A stretch of 64,000 bases of DNA from contig JAKSNH010000009.1 in the NCBI GenBank assembly GCA_024399955.1, positions 9,993 through 73,992 on the forward strand, given 5' to 3'. The position numbers and the translations under genes were made by a program. Of the stretch, positions 1 through 10,058 are shown one piece after another; the first letter of the stretch is position 1, and each line of letters opens with the position of its first letter. The notes under the pieces were generated by a model. That model was not told where the DNA came from. It searched no databases and saw only the letters and a list, made by a program, of their open reading frames with translations. The stretch comes from Paludibacteraceae bacterium (GTDB lineage Bacteria > Bacteroidota > Bacteroidia > Bacteroidales > Paludibacteraceae).

Positions 1-537
1 TTTGCAACTAACTTCCTGGAGGAGACATTAGCCATCTCCAATGCTGAGGCTTCCGGTTTATTCAAGTGGTTCCCTATTTTAGCTATGGTATTGACACCTT
101 TCTTAGGTTTATATATTGACTATAAAGGCAAGGGGGCAACGATGATGCTGCTTGGAGCCGTTATTATGATTGCATGCCATAGCGTATTCGCCTTTGTGTT
201 ACCTGCTTATCCAAGCAAGATGTTGGCTTTAGTAACTATCTTGGTGTTAGGCGTAAGTTTTTCGTTGGTTCCGGCATCTATGTGGCCGTCCGTACCTAAG
301 ATTATAGACGAGAAAGTACTCGGTTCGGCATACTGCCTTATCTTCTGGGTGCAAAACATCGGTTTATGCTTAGTGCCGCTGCTGATAGGTAAATTGCGTG
401 TATGGACCGGAGGTTATCTCGTGCCAATGATTGTGTTTGCTTCATTCGGAGTGTTTGCCCTTATCTTATCTTTCTTCCTGAAGGCAGAAGATATCAAAAA
501 AGGATATGGGCTTGAATTGCCTAATAAGAAAAAATGA
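1..537 (+). CDS. MFS-type transporter, C-terminal part (5' end outside window)
   Basis: Frame 1 is open from nt 1 (FATNFLEETLAIS...) into listed ORF 85..537. The product is a series of hydrophobic helices. Its stop overlaps the murF start (ATGA). Confidence 0.6.
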   Translation, partial: FATNFLEETLAISNAEASGLFKWFPILAMVLTPFLGLYIDYKGKGATMMLLGAVIMIACHSVFAFVLPAYPSKMLALVTILVLGVSFSLVPASMWPSVPKIIDEKVLGSAYCLIFWVQNIGLCLVPLLIGKLRVWTGGYLVPMIVFASFGVFALILSFFLKAEDIKKGYGLELPNKKK

Positions 538-1742
538 ATTGGGATTTTCTTATCAAAGATAAACCATCGCTATTCGTAACAACGGATAGTCGTCAAGTGC
601 TTCCCGGCTGCGTCTTTGTGGCTCTTAAGGGGGAGCATTTTGATGGTAATCAGTTTGTGGACCAGGCTAAGGCTGCGGGAGCGGCATACGTTATTAGTGG
701 CGAGCATGCCATGGCAGAGTTGCAGGACTTAGCACGAGCTTGGCGACGCGAATTGGGTTTGCCCATCATCGCTATTACCGGCACGAATGGTAAGACAACC
801 ACTAAAGAACTAACGGCAACGGTTCTGTCTACAATGTATAACCTGCATTACACCCAAGGAAACTACAACAACTCGTTAGGCGTGCCCCTTACCTTATTAC
901 AAATAACGCGCGCGCACGAGTTGGCTATTGTGGAGATGGGGGCTTCCCATCCGGGGGATATCAAAGAGTTAGTGGAGGTGGCCGAACCTAATTACGGCTT
1001 GATCACTAATGTGGGACGGGCTCACCTGCAGGGATTCGGATCCTTTGAAGGCGTACAACGCACCAAGGCCGAGTTATATGACTACCTGATGGCACATCCT
1101 CAAACTACCAAAGGTATCTTTATTAACGAAGATAATGCATACTTGCAGCAGATGCTGACAAACGCCGCTATTCATCCGGATACATTAGATACCGTACGAA
1201 TTAGTTATACTACCGAACCGATGCTGACAAAAACCCACTTAGTAGGTGACTATAATGCCGAGAATATATCTGCGGCATTATGCATAGCCGAGCACTTTGG
1301 TATCAAACGCAAGGTGGCAATTGAGGCTATTCGGGGTTACCATCCTACCAATAACCGCTCTCAGGCAATGACAACCGAAAAGAACGAACTGGTGGTAGAT
1401 GCGTATAACGCTAATCCTACATCTATGGCGGCATCGATTGATTCTTTCTGCCAACTTACCACGAATCAAAAACCATCTGCTTTTATATTAGGTGAGATGC
1501 GTGAATTAGGAGAATACAGCAAGACGGAGCATCAGAACATCGTCAATATGTTGCTGGAGCGCAAGGCGGAGCAAGTGTTGCTGGTGGGTGAAGAATACCG
1601 CGCGACAACAGCCCCATATCCTATCTTTCATGATGTGACCGAACTGAGTGACTATATCCAAAACAACCCATTAGTCGGCTATCGCATCTTAGTGAAAGGA
1701 TCTCGTGGCAACCAATTAGAAAAGATATTGCCCCTATTATGA
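534..1742 (+). CDS. murF: UDP-N-acetylmuramoyl-tripeptide--D-alanyl-D-alanine ligase
   Basis: N-terminal DSRQVLPGCVFVALKGEHFDGNQF and P-loop ITGTNGKTTTKE are typical of the Mur ligase family, MurF type. Confidence 0.85.
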   Translation: MNWDFLIKDKPSLFVTTDSRQVLPGCVFVALKGEHFDGNQFVDQAKAAGAAYVISGEHAMAELQDLARAWRRELGLPIIAITGTNGKTTTKELTATVLSTMYNLHYTQGNYNNSLGVPLTLLQITRAHELAIVEMGASHPGDIKELVEVAEPNYGLITNVGRAHLQGFGSFEGVQRTKAELYDYLMAHPQTTKGIFINEDNAYLQQMLTNAAIHPDTLDTVRISYTTEPMLTKTHLVGDYNAENISAALCIAEHFGIKRKVAIEAIRGYHPTNNRSQAMTTEKNELVVDAYNANPTSMAASIDSFCQLTTNQKPSAFILGEMRELGEYSKTEHQNIVNMLLERKAEQVLLVGEEYRATTAPYPIFHDVTELSDYIQNNPLVGYRILVKGSRGNQLEKILPLL

Positions 1743-2620
1743 ATAAACGAACCAAGATACTCATTACTTCCTTCTCCATTGTAGCAGTTATAGTGATTGC
1801 TGCGCTGGTTTTCTTTAGTCTGCATCAGCATAAACAGATGCAGGAGATTGTAGAGGAATTGGAGTTTGAGAAAGAAGCGTTGCAAGACGAATACGAAGAC
1901 CTGGCCATTCAGTTTGATGGATACCAGCAATTGGATATTCAAAATGACTCGCTGCAGGATAAGTTGGCACGAGAGCAACAACGTGTGCGGGACTTGCTGG
2001 AAGAGTTGCGTATCACTAAGGTGACTAATGCTCGTCGTATATCTGCCCTCAAAAAAGAATTAGCTACAGTGCGGTCGGTGATGGTGACGTATGTACATCA
2101 GATTGATTCGCTGCACCAAACCAATAAACGGCTGGTGGTGGAGAATACCGAGTATAGACGTAAGAACGAGGAGATGACTCAGGCTAACGAACAGTTATCC
2201 AATGCCAATAATCAACTCACGCAAGTAGTGACGCGTGCTTCGATGTTAGAGATTACCGATTTTGAATGCATCATGCTGAATAAGCATAACCGCAAAACCT
2301 CGTTCATTAGCCAAGTAACTAAATTGGAATTCCACTATACCATCCAAAAGAACATCACCTGCGAACCGGGTAGTAAGACAGTCTATATGGTGTTGCGGGG
2401 CGTGGATGGCGAAGTGATGCAAAAACAGCCGGTAACGTTTGAATACGAGAATGGACAAGTGCCTTATTCGGTCAGCCAAACGATTGAGTATATGGGTGAG
2501 GAATACATGGGGACAATGTATTGGACCATTGATGAAGATTTAATTCAAGGCGACTATGCTGCGGACTTCTTTATTGATGGAAATCTATGCGGCTCGTTCA
2601 CTCTTGCCCTCAAAAAATGA
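1739..2620 (+). CDS. membrane-anchored coiled-coil protein, unknown function
   Basis: N-terminal TM helix (ILITSFSIVAVIVIAALVFF) followed by a long Q/E/L-rich heptad region. Start overlaps the murF stop (ATGA). Confidence 0.55.
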   Translation: MNKRTKILITSFSIVAVIVIAALVFFSLHQHKQMQEIVEELEFEKEALQDEYEDLAIQFDGYQQLDIQNDSLQDKLAREQQRVRDLLEELRITKVTNARRISALKKELATVRSVMVTYVHQIDSLHQTNKRLVVENTEYRRKNEEMTQANEQLSNANNQLTQVVTRASMLEITDFECIMLNKHNRKTSFISQVTKLEFHYTIQKNITCEPGSKTVYMVLRGVDGEVMQKQPVTFEYENGQVPYSVSQTIEYMGEEYMGTMYWTIDEDLIQGDYAADFFIDGNLCGSFTLALKK

Positions 2621-2682
2621 GCAATAATGACCTAAAAAGTCATTTTTTACCCAAAAAATTTGCATATATGCGAATTAAGTTG

Positions 2683-2690
2683 TAATTTTG
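2683..2690 (+). promoter_or_regulatory. Bacteroidetes -7 box TAATTTTG upstream of rpsO
   Basis: Matches TAnnTTTG and is preceded by a tttgcatatatgcgaatt cassette like other promoters in this window. Confidence 0.5.
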
Positions 2691-2795
2691 CAGTCCAATC
2701 ACCCAATTTGTGGTTGGAAGCTATAGATGCGGCGATGTTCTCATCTTAGGATATTGCATCAGCCGTAATTGTTTAACCAAATAATACTTAACGTC

Positions 2796-3065
2796 ATGTA
2801 TTTGACTTCTGAGAAAAAAGTTGAGATCTTTGCGCAATATGGCAAAGATGCTAAGAACACCGGTTCGGCTGAGAGCCAAATCGCATTGTTCACCTTCCGT
2901 ATTAACCACCTTACTGAGCACTTAAAAGTTAACCGCAAGGACTTCGGTACCGAGCGCGCTTTGACCGCTTTGGTAGGTAAACGCCGTCGCTTGCTGGATT
3001 ACTTGAAGGCTACGAATATTGAGCGCTACCGTGCCATCATTAAGGATTTGGGTATTCGTAAGTAA
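2796..3065 (+). CDS. rpsO: 30S ribosomal protein S15
   Basis: MYLTSEKKVEIFAQYGKDAKNTGSAESQIALFTFRINHLTEHLK... The internal ATG at 2796 gives the canonical 89 aa; the listed ORF start 2769 is probably too early. Confidence 0.95.
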   Translation: MYLTSEKKVEIFAQYGKDAKNTGSAESQIALFTFRINHLTEHLKVNRKDFGTERALTALVGKRRRLLDYLKATNIERYRAIIKDLGIRK

Positions 3066-3077
3066 TCAACTTCAGAA

Positions 3078-3107
3078 AAGGGCTCTTCGTGCGCGGGGAG
3101 CCTTTTT
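3078..3107 (+). terminator. rho-independent terminator after rpsO
   Basis: aaagggctcttcg-tgcg-cggggagccttttt: a long GC stem followed by a T5 run. Confidence 0.7.
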
Positions 3108-3135
3108 GCATTGTATCATTGTTAATCTATATAGT

Positions 3136-4203
3136 ATGAAAAAAGCCGTATTATTCTTATTACCCATTATGTTGATGAGTTGTCAAACCAAACAAGTTGC
3201 TTCGACTGTTGCTAGTGAAGATAGTTTTGCCTATTCCATGATGAAGCAGAGCGTAGCCGAAGGCACCAATGCTTTCCTTAGTCCTACTTCTGTAGCCATG
3301 GCACTGAATATGCTTACTCCCGGAGCAGAAGCGCAGACGCTGAAGGAACTGCAAGCTGTTGTTCCTGCGGTCAGCATTGCCTCAACCGACTTCCTTAAAG
3401 TGGCTTCGGCTATCTGGATTAACGAGGGTGTACAAGTCTATCCGGCTTATTTGACTGCTAACAAGGATGCCGAAGTCTATGTCGGTCCTATCTTAGCTCA
3501 AAAAGTGAATGGATGGGCTGCGGCCAAGACCAATGGCAAGATCAATAAGATTGTAGAGGACCCGATTCGTATGCCGATGATGCTGACGAATGCGTTGTAC
3601 TTTAAGGCACAGTGGCAACATCCCTTTAAGAGCCAAAATACAAAGCAAGAGACGTTCTATGGCGCTAAGGGAGAACATAAAGCAGATATGATGCATCAAA
3701 CCAACCACTTTGCGTACATAGAGAATCGCAAGATGCAGGCTATTCGTCTGGACTATACCAGTCCTTATTGCATGGATATCATTTTGCCGGCACAAGGTAA
3801 GTCGGTGGCTGATGTCATCAACGAGGTGCCTAATATAAATCTGACGGCAGCTGAATCATGCAAGGTGCGTCTCACCTTACCTAAGGTTAAACTAGAGTAC
3901 GAAAAGGTGCTGAATGACTATCTGAGTAAGATGGGCTTATCTACCTGTTTCTCCTCCAAAGCTGATTTCTCGCGTATCTCGGCTTCGCCGCTCTTTATTG
4001 GTATAGTGAAACAAAATACCTTCCTCGCTATTGACGAAGAAGGTACTGAGGCTGCAGCTGTAACATCGGTTATGATGGCAATGTCGGCGCGTCCTATTCA
4101 GGAGAAGATTTACGAGATGAACATCAACCGTCCGTTTGTGCTGCTGATTCGTGAAACAGAAACGAACCGTATCTTATTCTATGGCGTAATCAATACGCTG
4201 TAA
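3136..4203 (+). CDS. serpin-family protease inhibitor, probable lipoprotein
   Basis: The serpin hinge/RCL EEGTEAAAVTSVMMAMSARP is followed by NRPFVLLIRE. The start MKKAVLFLLPIMLMSC carries a lipobox-like Cys; the upstream part of listed ORF 3019 overlaps rpsO. Confidence 0.85.
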   Translation: MKKAVLFLLPIMLMSCQTKQVASTVASEDSFAYSMMKQSVAEGTNAFLSPTSVAMALNMLTPGAEAQTLKELQAVVPAVSIASTDFLKVASAIWINEGVQVYPAYLTANKDAEVYVGPILAQKVNGWAAAKTNGKINKIVEDPIRMPMMLTNALYFKAQWQHPFKSQNTKQETFYGAKGEHKADMMHQTNHFAYIENRKMQAIRLDYTSPYCMDIILPAQGKSVADVINEVPNINLTAAESCKVRLTLPKVKLEYEKVLNDYLSKMGLSTCFSSKADFSRISASPLFIGIVKQNTFLAIDEEGTEAAAVTSVMMAMSARPIQEKIYEMNINRPFVLLIRETETNRILFYGVINTL

Positions 4204-6435
4204 TTACTTTTGCAAATACTCATGCATGGCCTTAGCGGCCTTGCGCCCGTCACTCATAGCCAGGATGACGGTAGCTCCGCCACGCACTATATCGCCTCCG
4301 GCAAATAGAGTTGGTATGGAACTTTGCATTGTATCATCCCCCACTACAATAGTGCCTTTGCGACTGATTTCAAGTCCGCTGACAGAGTTAGGTATGAGTG
4401 GGTTAGGACTAACGCCTACACTCACGATAACCAAATCTACAGGAATGGTAATCGTCTTGCCTTCGATGGCTACAGGACTGCGACGACCGCTTTCGTCCGG
4501 TTCTCCTAATTCCATGACTTGCAGCACGGCTTCCTTCACGCGTCCGTTTTCGTCAGCGTGGTACTCAATAGGGTTATGCAAGGTCATGAACTCAATGCCT
4601 TCCTCCTTGGCGTGGCGCACTTCTTCTATACGTGCCGGCATCTCTTCCTCGCTGCGACGATAGATAATCATCGCATGTTCCGCTCCTAATCGTTTGGCGG
4701 TACGCACAGCATCCATGGCGGTGTTGCCTCCACCAATGACGGCTACGTTCCTGCCATACAGCAGAGGAGTATCCGTATGCGCATTGCTGGCATCCATTAG
4801 GTTGACGCGAGTCAGGTATTCATTGCAACTCATCACTCCATTTAGGTTCTCGCCGAGGATGTTCATAAATCGTGGCAGACCAGCTCCTGAACCCACAAAG
4901 ATAGCAGCAAAGCCTTGCTCTTTGAGGTCATCGATAGTGAGTGTCTTGCCAATAATCGTGTCGGTTTGGAAGGTGACGCCTAACTGCCTAAGTCCGGCAA
5001 TCTCTTTATCTACGATACTATTAGGCAAACGGAACTCCGGAATGCCGTATTTAAGTACGCCACCTATCTCGTGCAATGCCTCAAAGACAGTGACGGCATA
5101 GCCGTACTTAGCCATATCTCCGGCAAAAGCCAATCCTGCAGGACCGCTACCCACTACGGCTATCTTGGTCTCATTCTCGGTGCTTAGAGCACTCCAATGA
5201 GTATTATTTTCTATCTTTCCATTATCTGCTACAAAACGCTCGAGGTATCCAATTGCGACCGGTTCGTGTCCCATCTTATGATGGATACAGCGACTCTCAC
5301 ATTGTTTCTCTTGCGGACATACACGACCGCAGACGGCAGGCAGCGTTGAACTCTGTGCAATCACAGTAGCCGCTCCGTTGATGTCGCCTTGCTCCACTTT
5401 CTTGATGAAGGCAGGAATTTGGATATTCACCGGGCATCCTTCCACGCAGGTGGGTTTAGGGCAGTTCAGGCAGCGATGAGCCTCCGTAAGAGCTTGCTCC
5501 ATCGTTAGACCTTGGTTCACTTCGGCATGCAGGCTCTGGATGCGTACCTGTGGCGGTAACTCATTCATCTTAACACGCGGAATAGCCACGCGCTCTTTGG
5601 CGGTAAGCGGATGCTGCAGTTGCTGGTATTGGTCCATAGCAATGGCCTCTTCGGGCTTGTATGAACGCATACGTGTCATCATCTCATCCCAATCTACTTG
5701 GTGTGCATCAAACTCAGGTCCATCTACACATACGAACTTGGTTTGTCCGTCAATCGATACGCGGCATGCTCCGCACATCCCTGTGCCATCCACCATGATG
5801 GTGTTCAGACTGGCATCCGTTGGAATATTGTATTTCTTAGTAGTCAGACTCACGAATTTCATCATAATAGCCGGACCAATCGTGATACATTTATCTACCG
5901 GTTCGCGAAGGATGACTTGTTCCACACCAACGGTAACAACACCTTGCTGTCCCATACTACCGTCATCCGTCATCACAATCACTTCATCTGACCATTGGGA
6001 TAGTTCATCCTTGAGAATAATAAGGTCTTTGTTTCGTGCTGCCAGCACAGTAATTACACGGTTGCCGGCTTTCTTGAGCGCTTCCGCAATCGGTAACATC
6101 GGTGCAGCACCTACGCCGCCACATGCACAAACCACGGTGCCGAAATTCTCAATGTGAGTGGCTTTGCCTAAAGGACCGACTACGTCTTGCAGATACTGCC
6201 CCGGCTCCATAGCACATAGTTTGGAGGACGAAACACCAATGCGCTGAACAACTAAGGTAATTGTGCCTTTGTCGGTATCGGCTGCACTAATCGTCAAGGG
6301 CATTCGTTCGGAATGGGCATCTACGCGGATAATGACAAAATGACCCGCTTTGCGGCTGCGCGCAATAAGAGGCGCCTCAACCACTATCTCGGCTACATTG
6401 TCGGAAAAGAAACGCTTAGAAATGATTTTGTTCAT
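4204..6435 (-). CDS. fused PyrK/NfnA-like FAD/[2Fe-2S] reductase + GltD/NfnB-like NADPH-dependent oxidoreductase
   Basis: The N-terminal half has a PyrK-like fold (GGVGAAPMLP, CGACRV). The C-terminal half has 4Fe-4S Cys clusters and the Rossmann motif VVGSGPAGLAFAGD of the glutamate synthase small-chain family. Confidence 0.8.
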   Translation of the reverse strand: MNKIISKRFFSDNVAEIVVEAPLIARSRKAGHFVIIRVDAHSERMPLTISAADTDKGTITLVVQRIGVSSSKLCAMEPGQYLQDVVGPLGKATHIENFGTVVCACGGVGAAPMLPIAEALKKAGNRVITVLAARNKDLIILKDELSQWSDEVIVMTDDGSMGQQGVVTVGVEQVILREPVDKCITIGPAIMMKFVSLTTKKYNIPTDASLNTIMVDGTGMCGACRVSIDGQTKFVCVDGPEFDAHQVDWDEMMTRMRSYKPEEAIAMDQYQQLQHPLTAKERVAIPRVKMNELPPQVRIQSLHAEVNQGLTMEQALTEAHRCLNCPKPTCVEGCPVNIQIPAFIKKVEQGDINGAATVIAQSSTLPAVCGRVCPQEKQCESRCIHHKMGHEPVAIGYLERFVADNGKIENNTHWSALSTENETKIAVVGSGPAGLAFAGDMAKYGYAVTVFEALHEIGGVLKYGIPEFRLPNSIVDKEIAGLRQLGVTFQTDTIIGKTLTIDDLKEQGFAAIFVGSGAGLPRFMNILGENLNGVMSCNEYLTRVNLMDASNAHTDTPLLYGRNVAVIGGGNTAMDAVRTAKRLGAEHAMIIYRRSEEEMPARIEEVRHAKEEGIEFMTLHNPIEYHADENGRVKEAVLQVMELGEPDESGRRSPVAIEGKTITIPVDLVIVSVGVSPNPLIPNSVSGLEISRKGTIVVGDDTMQSSIPTLFAGGDIVRGGATVILAMSDGRKAAKAMHEYLQK

Positions 6436-7259
6436 ATTTTATTTGTATTTATTGTCAATTGTAGCATGCACCAGTCTCCGGATTGATGCATGGTTATTTG
6501 ATGCAGACCTACTGCTTGTGCAGCAGTTAGCAAGTCTGGAACATCGGATGCATAAAAGCCGCTCAGCCACACTTGTCCGTCAGGATTTAATAATCGGGCA
6601 TAAAGGGGCATTTGGGCGATTAGCACGTTCTTATGGATATTACTTAAAATAAGGTCATACTTGCCTTCTGGAGGAGTTGAACCTAATTGAATAGAATAGG
6701 AGGAAGGGGGTAGGTTGTTTCTTTGGCAGTTTTCTATGGCGCACGATACACTCTTGTCATCCATATCCACCATGGTGATATGTTGGGCACCTAATTTAGC
6801 TGCCACGATACCTAATATACCTGTGCCACAACCGTTGTCCAGTACGGTGTATGGTGTATGGTGTGTGGTGTTAGATGTATAGTGCTGAATGAGGGCTTGA
6901 ACAAGCATAGAGGTAGTCTCGTGATAGCCTGCTCCGAAGGCGCAATGCGATTGAATCAGCACGTTGGTCTTAGGTAACTCAATGGTGAACTCAGGATGCT
7001 CCTGCTCCCAGGTCTGATTCCAATTCTCATCCGGACATTCTTCGGCACTAAGTAAGGAAACTCCCTCATAATCCGCTACCACTTGTTCCACCGATTTGCG
7101 CTGAAATAAGGATGTTTGTATATATGCTAACGAGACGGGATCCTTGTCGGTCTCCGTCTCGCAGAATGCCTCAAATCCTACATCTGCCAGGTCTTGCTCA
7201 AACAGGGCACGTTGCCAGTCCGGCAAAGCAACGGCAAATGTACATTGAGTATATAACAT
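6432..7259 (-). CDS. prmA: ribosomal protein L11 methyltransferase
   Basis: SAM motif LDNGCGTGILGIVAAKLGA and PrmA-like length and architecture. Confidence 0.8.
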   Translation of the reverse strand: MLYTQCTFAVALPDWQRALFEQDLADVGFEAFCETETDKDPVSLAYIQTSLFQRKSVEQVVADYEGVSLLSAEECPDENWNQTWEQEHPEFTIELPKTNVLIQSHCAFGAGYHETTSMLVQALIQHYTSNTTHHTPYTVLDNGCGTGILGIVAAKLGAQHITMVDMDDKSVSCAIENCQRNNLPPSSYSIQLGSTPPEGKYDLILSNIHKNVLIAQMPLYARLLNPDGQVWLSGFYASDVPDLLTAAQAVGLHQITMHQSGDWCMLQLTINTNKI

Positions 7260-7269
7260 TGTATAACGC

Positions 7270-8145
7270 TTAGAAGTACTTGGTCTCGGCTCCCACGATG
7301 CTGCTGAGCAGGTTATTCGCTAAGCGGCTGGCACCGAAACGGAAACTTTGGTTATTGAGCCAATCCTCACCTAAGATCTCTTTAACGAGTGTGAAGTGTT
7401 GCACAGCTTCGTCGGTTGTGGAAACGCCTCCGGCAGGTTTGTAGCAAACCTTAACGCCTGTTTTAGCCTTCCATGCTTTGATGGCTTGACACATAACATA
7501 GGTAGCTTCGGGAGTAGCATTGACTTTAATCTTACCAGTAGAAGTCTTGATGAAATCAGCTCCGGCTGCCATAGCGATGAAGGATGCTTTCCAAATGTTC
7601 TCAGCCGTAGTGAGGGCACCGGTTTCCAAAATAACTTTGAGGTGATGTTCGCCGCAAGCCGCTTTAATCTCACTAATCTCATCAAATACCTCTTGATAAC
7701 GTCCCTCAAGGAACTTACCGATAGAAATAACAATATCAATTTCGGTAGCACCGGCCTTGATAGCAAGAGCTGTTTCAGCTACTTTCACTTCAATAAATGT
7801 CTGCGAAGCAGGGAAACCTGCGCTAACGCAAGCCACACCGATACCGGCAGGAAGGTTCTTGCGAGCTACACCGGCTAATGCAGGATAAACGCACATAGCG
7901 GCTACATTAGGTACACCGGGGAAGTTCTTTTCAAACTCGCTCACTTTCTTAGCCATACCTTCTACCTTGGCAACGGTATCTTCGCCGTTCAGTGTAGTCA
8001 GGTCAATCTGATGCAAGCACTCCATCCAAACCTCGCGGTTGTTGTTCTCTGCAAAATGGTTGTCAATAATCTCTTTTGTAGCTTTTGCTACTTCAGCGTC
8101 CGACATGGTGAACGGATAAGCTGCGAATAATTCGTTGAAGTTCAT
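7270..8145 (-). CDS. deoC: deoxyribose-phosphate aldolase (long form)
   Basis: ATEIDIVI, LKVILETGAL and FIKTSTGK (Schiff-base Lys) motifs. Confidence 0.8.
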   Translation of the reverse strand: MNFNELFAAYPFTMSDAEVAKATKEIIDNHFAENNNREVWMECLHQIDLTTLNGEDTVAKVEGMAKKVSEFEKNFPGVPNVAAMCVYPALAGVARKNLPAGIGVACVSAGFPASQTFIEVKVAETALAIKAGATEIDIVISIGKFLEGRYQEVFDEISEIKAACGEHHLKVILETGALTTAENIWKASFIAMAAGADFIKTSTGKIKVNATPEATYVMCQAIKAWKAKTGVKVCYKPAGGVSTTDEAVQHFTLVKEILGEDWLNNQSFRFGASRLANNLLSSIVGAETKYF

Positions 8146-8175
8146 GATTGTATTAGTTTAGTGATTTATAATGAT

Positions 8176-8865
8176 TTACTCAGGAAGACGGCCAACAATG
8201 GTTTCGTTGCCACGAACAGCCTCACCTACTGTAACAAAAATCTCGGTATCCAAAGGCAAGTACATATCTACTCGCGACCCTAATTTAATGAATCCCAAAT
8301 GCTCGTTGCGATGCGCTTCTTTGCCCACTTTAGCGTAGGTTACAATACGACGTGCCATTGCTCCTGCAATCTGACGGACAGCTACTTGGATCTTTTGAGG
8401 GGTCTCGATAATCACAAGGGAACGCTCATTCTCCGTAGATGATTTAGGCAGCCAAGCTTGCAAGTGCCGTCCCTTCTGGTGCTCGCTACGAATAATATTG
8501 CCTTCCACAGGATACCAGTTAGCGTGCACGTTAAGCGGCGACATAAAAATACTGACTTGCAACCGCTTCTCATGGAAAACCTCATCCTCCATCACCGGCT
8601 CAATGACTACCACTCGGCCATCGGCAGGAGCCAACAGGAAATTAGGATCGGAAATCTCCACTTCGCGCATAGGGTTGCGGAAGAAATACGTCACAAACAC
8701 GAGCAACAAGGCCGTGAGTATTAACGTAATTGCAAACAGCCAATGCGGCTCGTACAAGTACATAGGTACATTAATCACAAAAAGCAGTAGCACCAATCCG
8801 AGCACGGTGCGTTTTCCTTCTGCATGGATGCGACGATGACGTGTTTTTTGTCGTTTCATAACCAT
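8176..8865 (-). CDS. psd: phosphatidylserine decarboxylase proenzyme
   Basis: N-terminal TM region and a C-terminal FIKLGSRVD self-cleavage-type motif. The start could be 8865 or 8859. Confidence 0.8.
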   Translation of the reverse strand: MVMKRQKTRHRRIHAEGKRTVLGLVLLLFVINVPMYLYEPHWLFAITLILTALLLVFVTYFFRNPMREVEISDPNFLLAPADGRVVVIEPVMEDEVFHEKRLQVSIFMSPLNVHANWYPVEGNIIRSEHQKGRHLQAWLPKSSTENERSLVIIETPQKIQVAVRQIAGAMARRIVTYAKVGKEAHRNEHLGFIKLGSRVDMYLPLDTEIFVTVGEAVRGNETIVGRLPE

Positions 8866-9287
8866 TGATTATATGGGAATTGGGTCAACATTTTGGCTGC
8901 ATCATCCAGCCCTTGTTGAATTTTCTTATCTAACATCATTTTGAACATCAGCGGCAGGTCGGCCTTGAACGTTAGTCGAATGCGTGTATCGGTCGGAGTA
9001 ACCTGCTTAAGCTGTATCCAAAAATTAGCTTGCATAGGAATACCTTCGGTACCGAACTTAATCGTATCATTCTCAATCGTGTCTTCAATACGAATGGTGA
9101 TCTTCTGCCCCAAACCATCTACTTTCATCCGAATATTATCCGGGTGCACCTCTAATTCTTGCACTTTGTCCTGAGGAATCATATCCTTCACGCGGTTCAA
9201 ATTATCTAAATTAGATAATACCCGATATACGTTCTCCGCCGAATTGGGGATAGAGCAAACTTGACTTTCGTATTTTGTTTCTGCCAT
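8856..9287 (-). CDS. SRPBCC-like small protein, unknown function
   Basis: ORF with start chosen at MAETKYESQV (the listed ORF extends to 9338). The fold assignment is only by general resemblance. Confidence 0.4.
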   Translation of the reverse strand: MAETKYESQVCSIPNSAENVYRVLSNLDNLNRVKDMIPQDKVQELEVHPDNIRMKVDGLGQKITIRIEDTIENDTIKFGTEGIPMQANFWIQLKQVTPTDTRIRLTFKADLPLMFKMMLDKKIQQGLDDAAKMLTQFPYNQWL

Positions 9288-9340
9288 AATAATCTCATTT
9301 GAAGGGGCAAAGTTACTGCTTTTTTTTGAAATATGCAAAT

Positions 9341-10039
9341 TTATTTTGCCTTTGCGTGTTTTTTTTCGTATTTTTCTATCTGTCGATTAGAAACATTGAT
9401 GGCGCGTTCTAAGGTGTTGATGTTGCGCATAGCCACAGCTAACAGGTATGTTTGGTGCAACGCTTTGCGTTCATTTTCGGATAAGTAATAGCGAATATTT
9501 TGCTTCCCGATGCTGGTTACTAGGATGCGGTCGTTGACGTGATTATCAATCAAACTCAGTAACTGCAGAGCATCATCGCCTTCAATGGTTAGTATCTCAT
9601 GCCACCCCTCTGCATTGAAAGCATGATTGCTGCCTTCCTTCTCTACATAGTCCTCTCCGAAACTGAACCGCACCGCCGATTGCTCGTGTTGATGTGAACC
9701 ATAGTAGTATGACTGAAGTCGCACCATATAATTATCCATTACGTACGCCTGTATAAAGTTGCGCTCCGCGTTGCGCGATGTTTGAAGCAGTTTATGCACG
9801 TAGTGACCGTAGTCTTCTGCTTTCTCATCCTTGCTATACACAAACGACTGCAACAACGTGTCCGTTTGAGGGATAAGGGCATGCAGGATAGAGTCGGAAT
9901 AAACTACGTTCTGCTTGGCATTGCAATAGGTAATGCTGTCTTGAATGGCTTTTTGCTGACGCATAATCTCAACTTTGCTTGGACGGTGCGTGCAAGCCAA
10001 GAGAACAAAAGAAAGTGAAAAGAGGATGATTTTCTGCAT
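9341..10039 (-). CDS. hypothetical lipoprotein
   Basis: Signal peptide with a lipobox-like MQKIILFSLSFVLLAC. No recognised domain. Confidence 0.55.
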   Translation of the reverse strand: MQKIILFSLSFVLLACTHRPSKVEIMRQQKAIQDSITYCNAKQNVVYSDSILHALIPQTDTLLQSFVYSKDEKAEDYGHYVHKLLQTSRNAERNFIQAYVMDNYMVRLQSYYYGSHQHEQSAVRFSFGEDYVEKEGSNHAFNAEGWHEILTIEGDDALQLLSLIDNHVNDRILVTSIGKQNIRYYLSENERKALHQTYLLAVAMRNINTLERAINVSNRQIEKYEKKHAKAK

Positions 10040-10058
10040 AGATTATTGAATTTGAGTG

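Noticed and set aside
3019-3135. Long N-terminal extensions of listed ORFs (3019, 10148, 15606, 26438, 33341, 34240, 38789, 57797, 61016, 61085, 62151)
   Set aside because: The extensions overlap upstream genes or promoter cassettes and precede obvious signal peptides or conserved N-termini. Internal ATGs were chosen instead.
5540-6157. 205-aa plus-strand ORF (and several others: 4226..4663, 4694..5101, 5698..5991) inside the NfnAB-like gene
   Set aside because: These are antisense shadow ORFs within a well-supported 743-aa minus-strand gene. Their products are low-complexity Ser/Thr/Pro/Cys-rich with no motifs.
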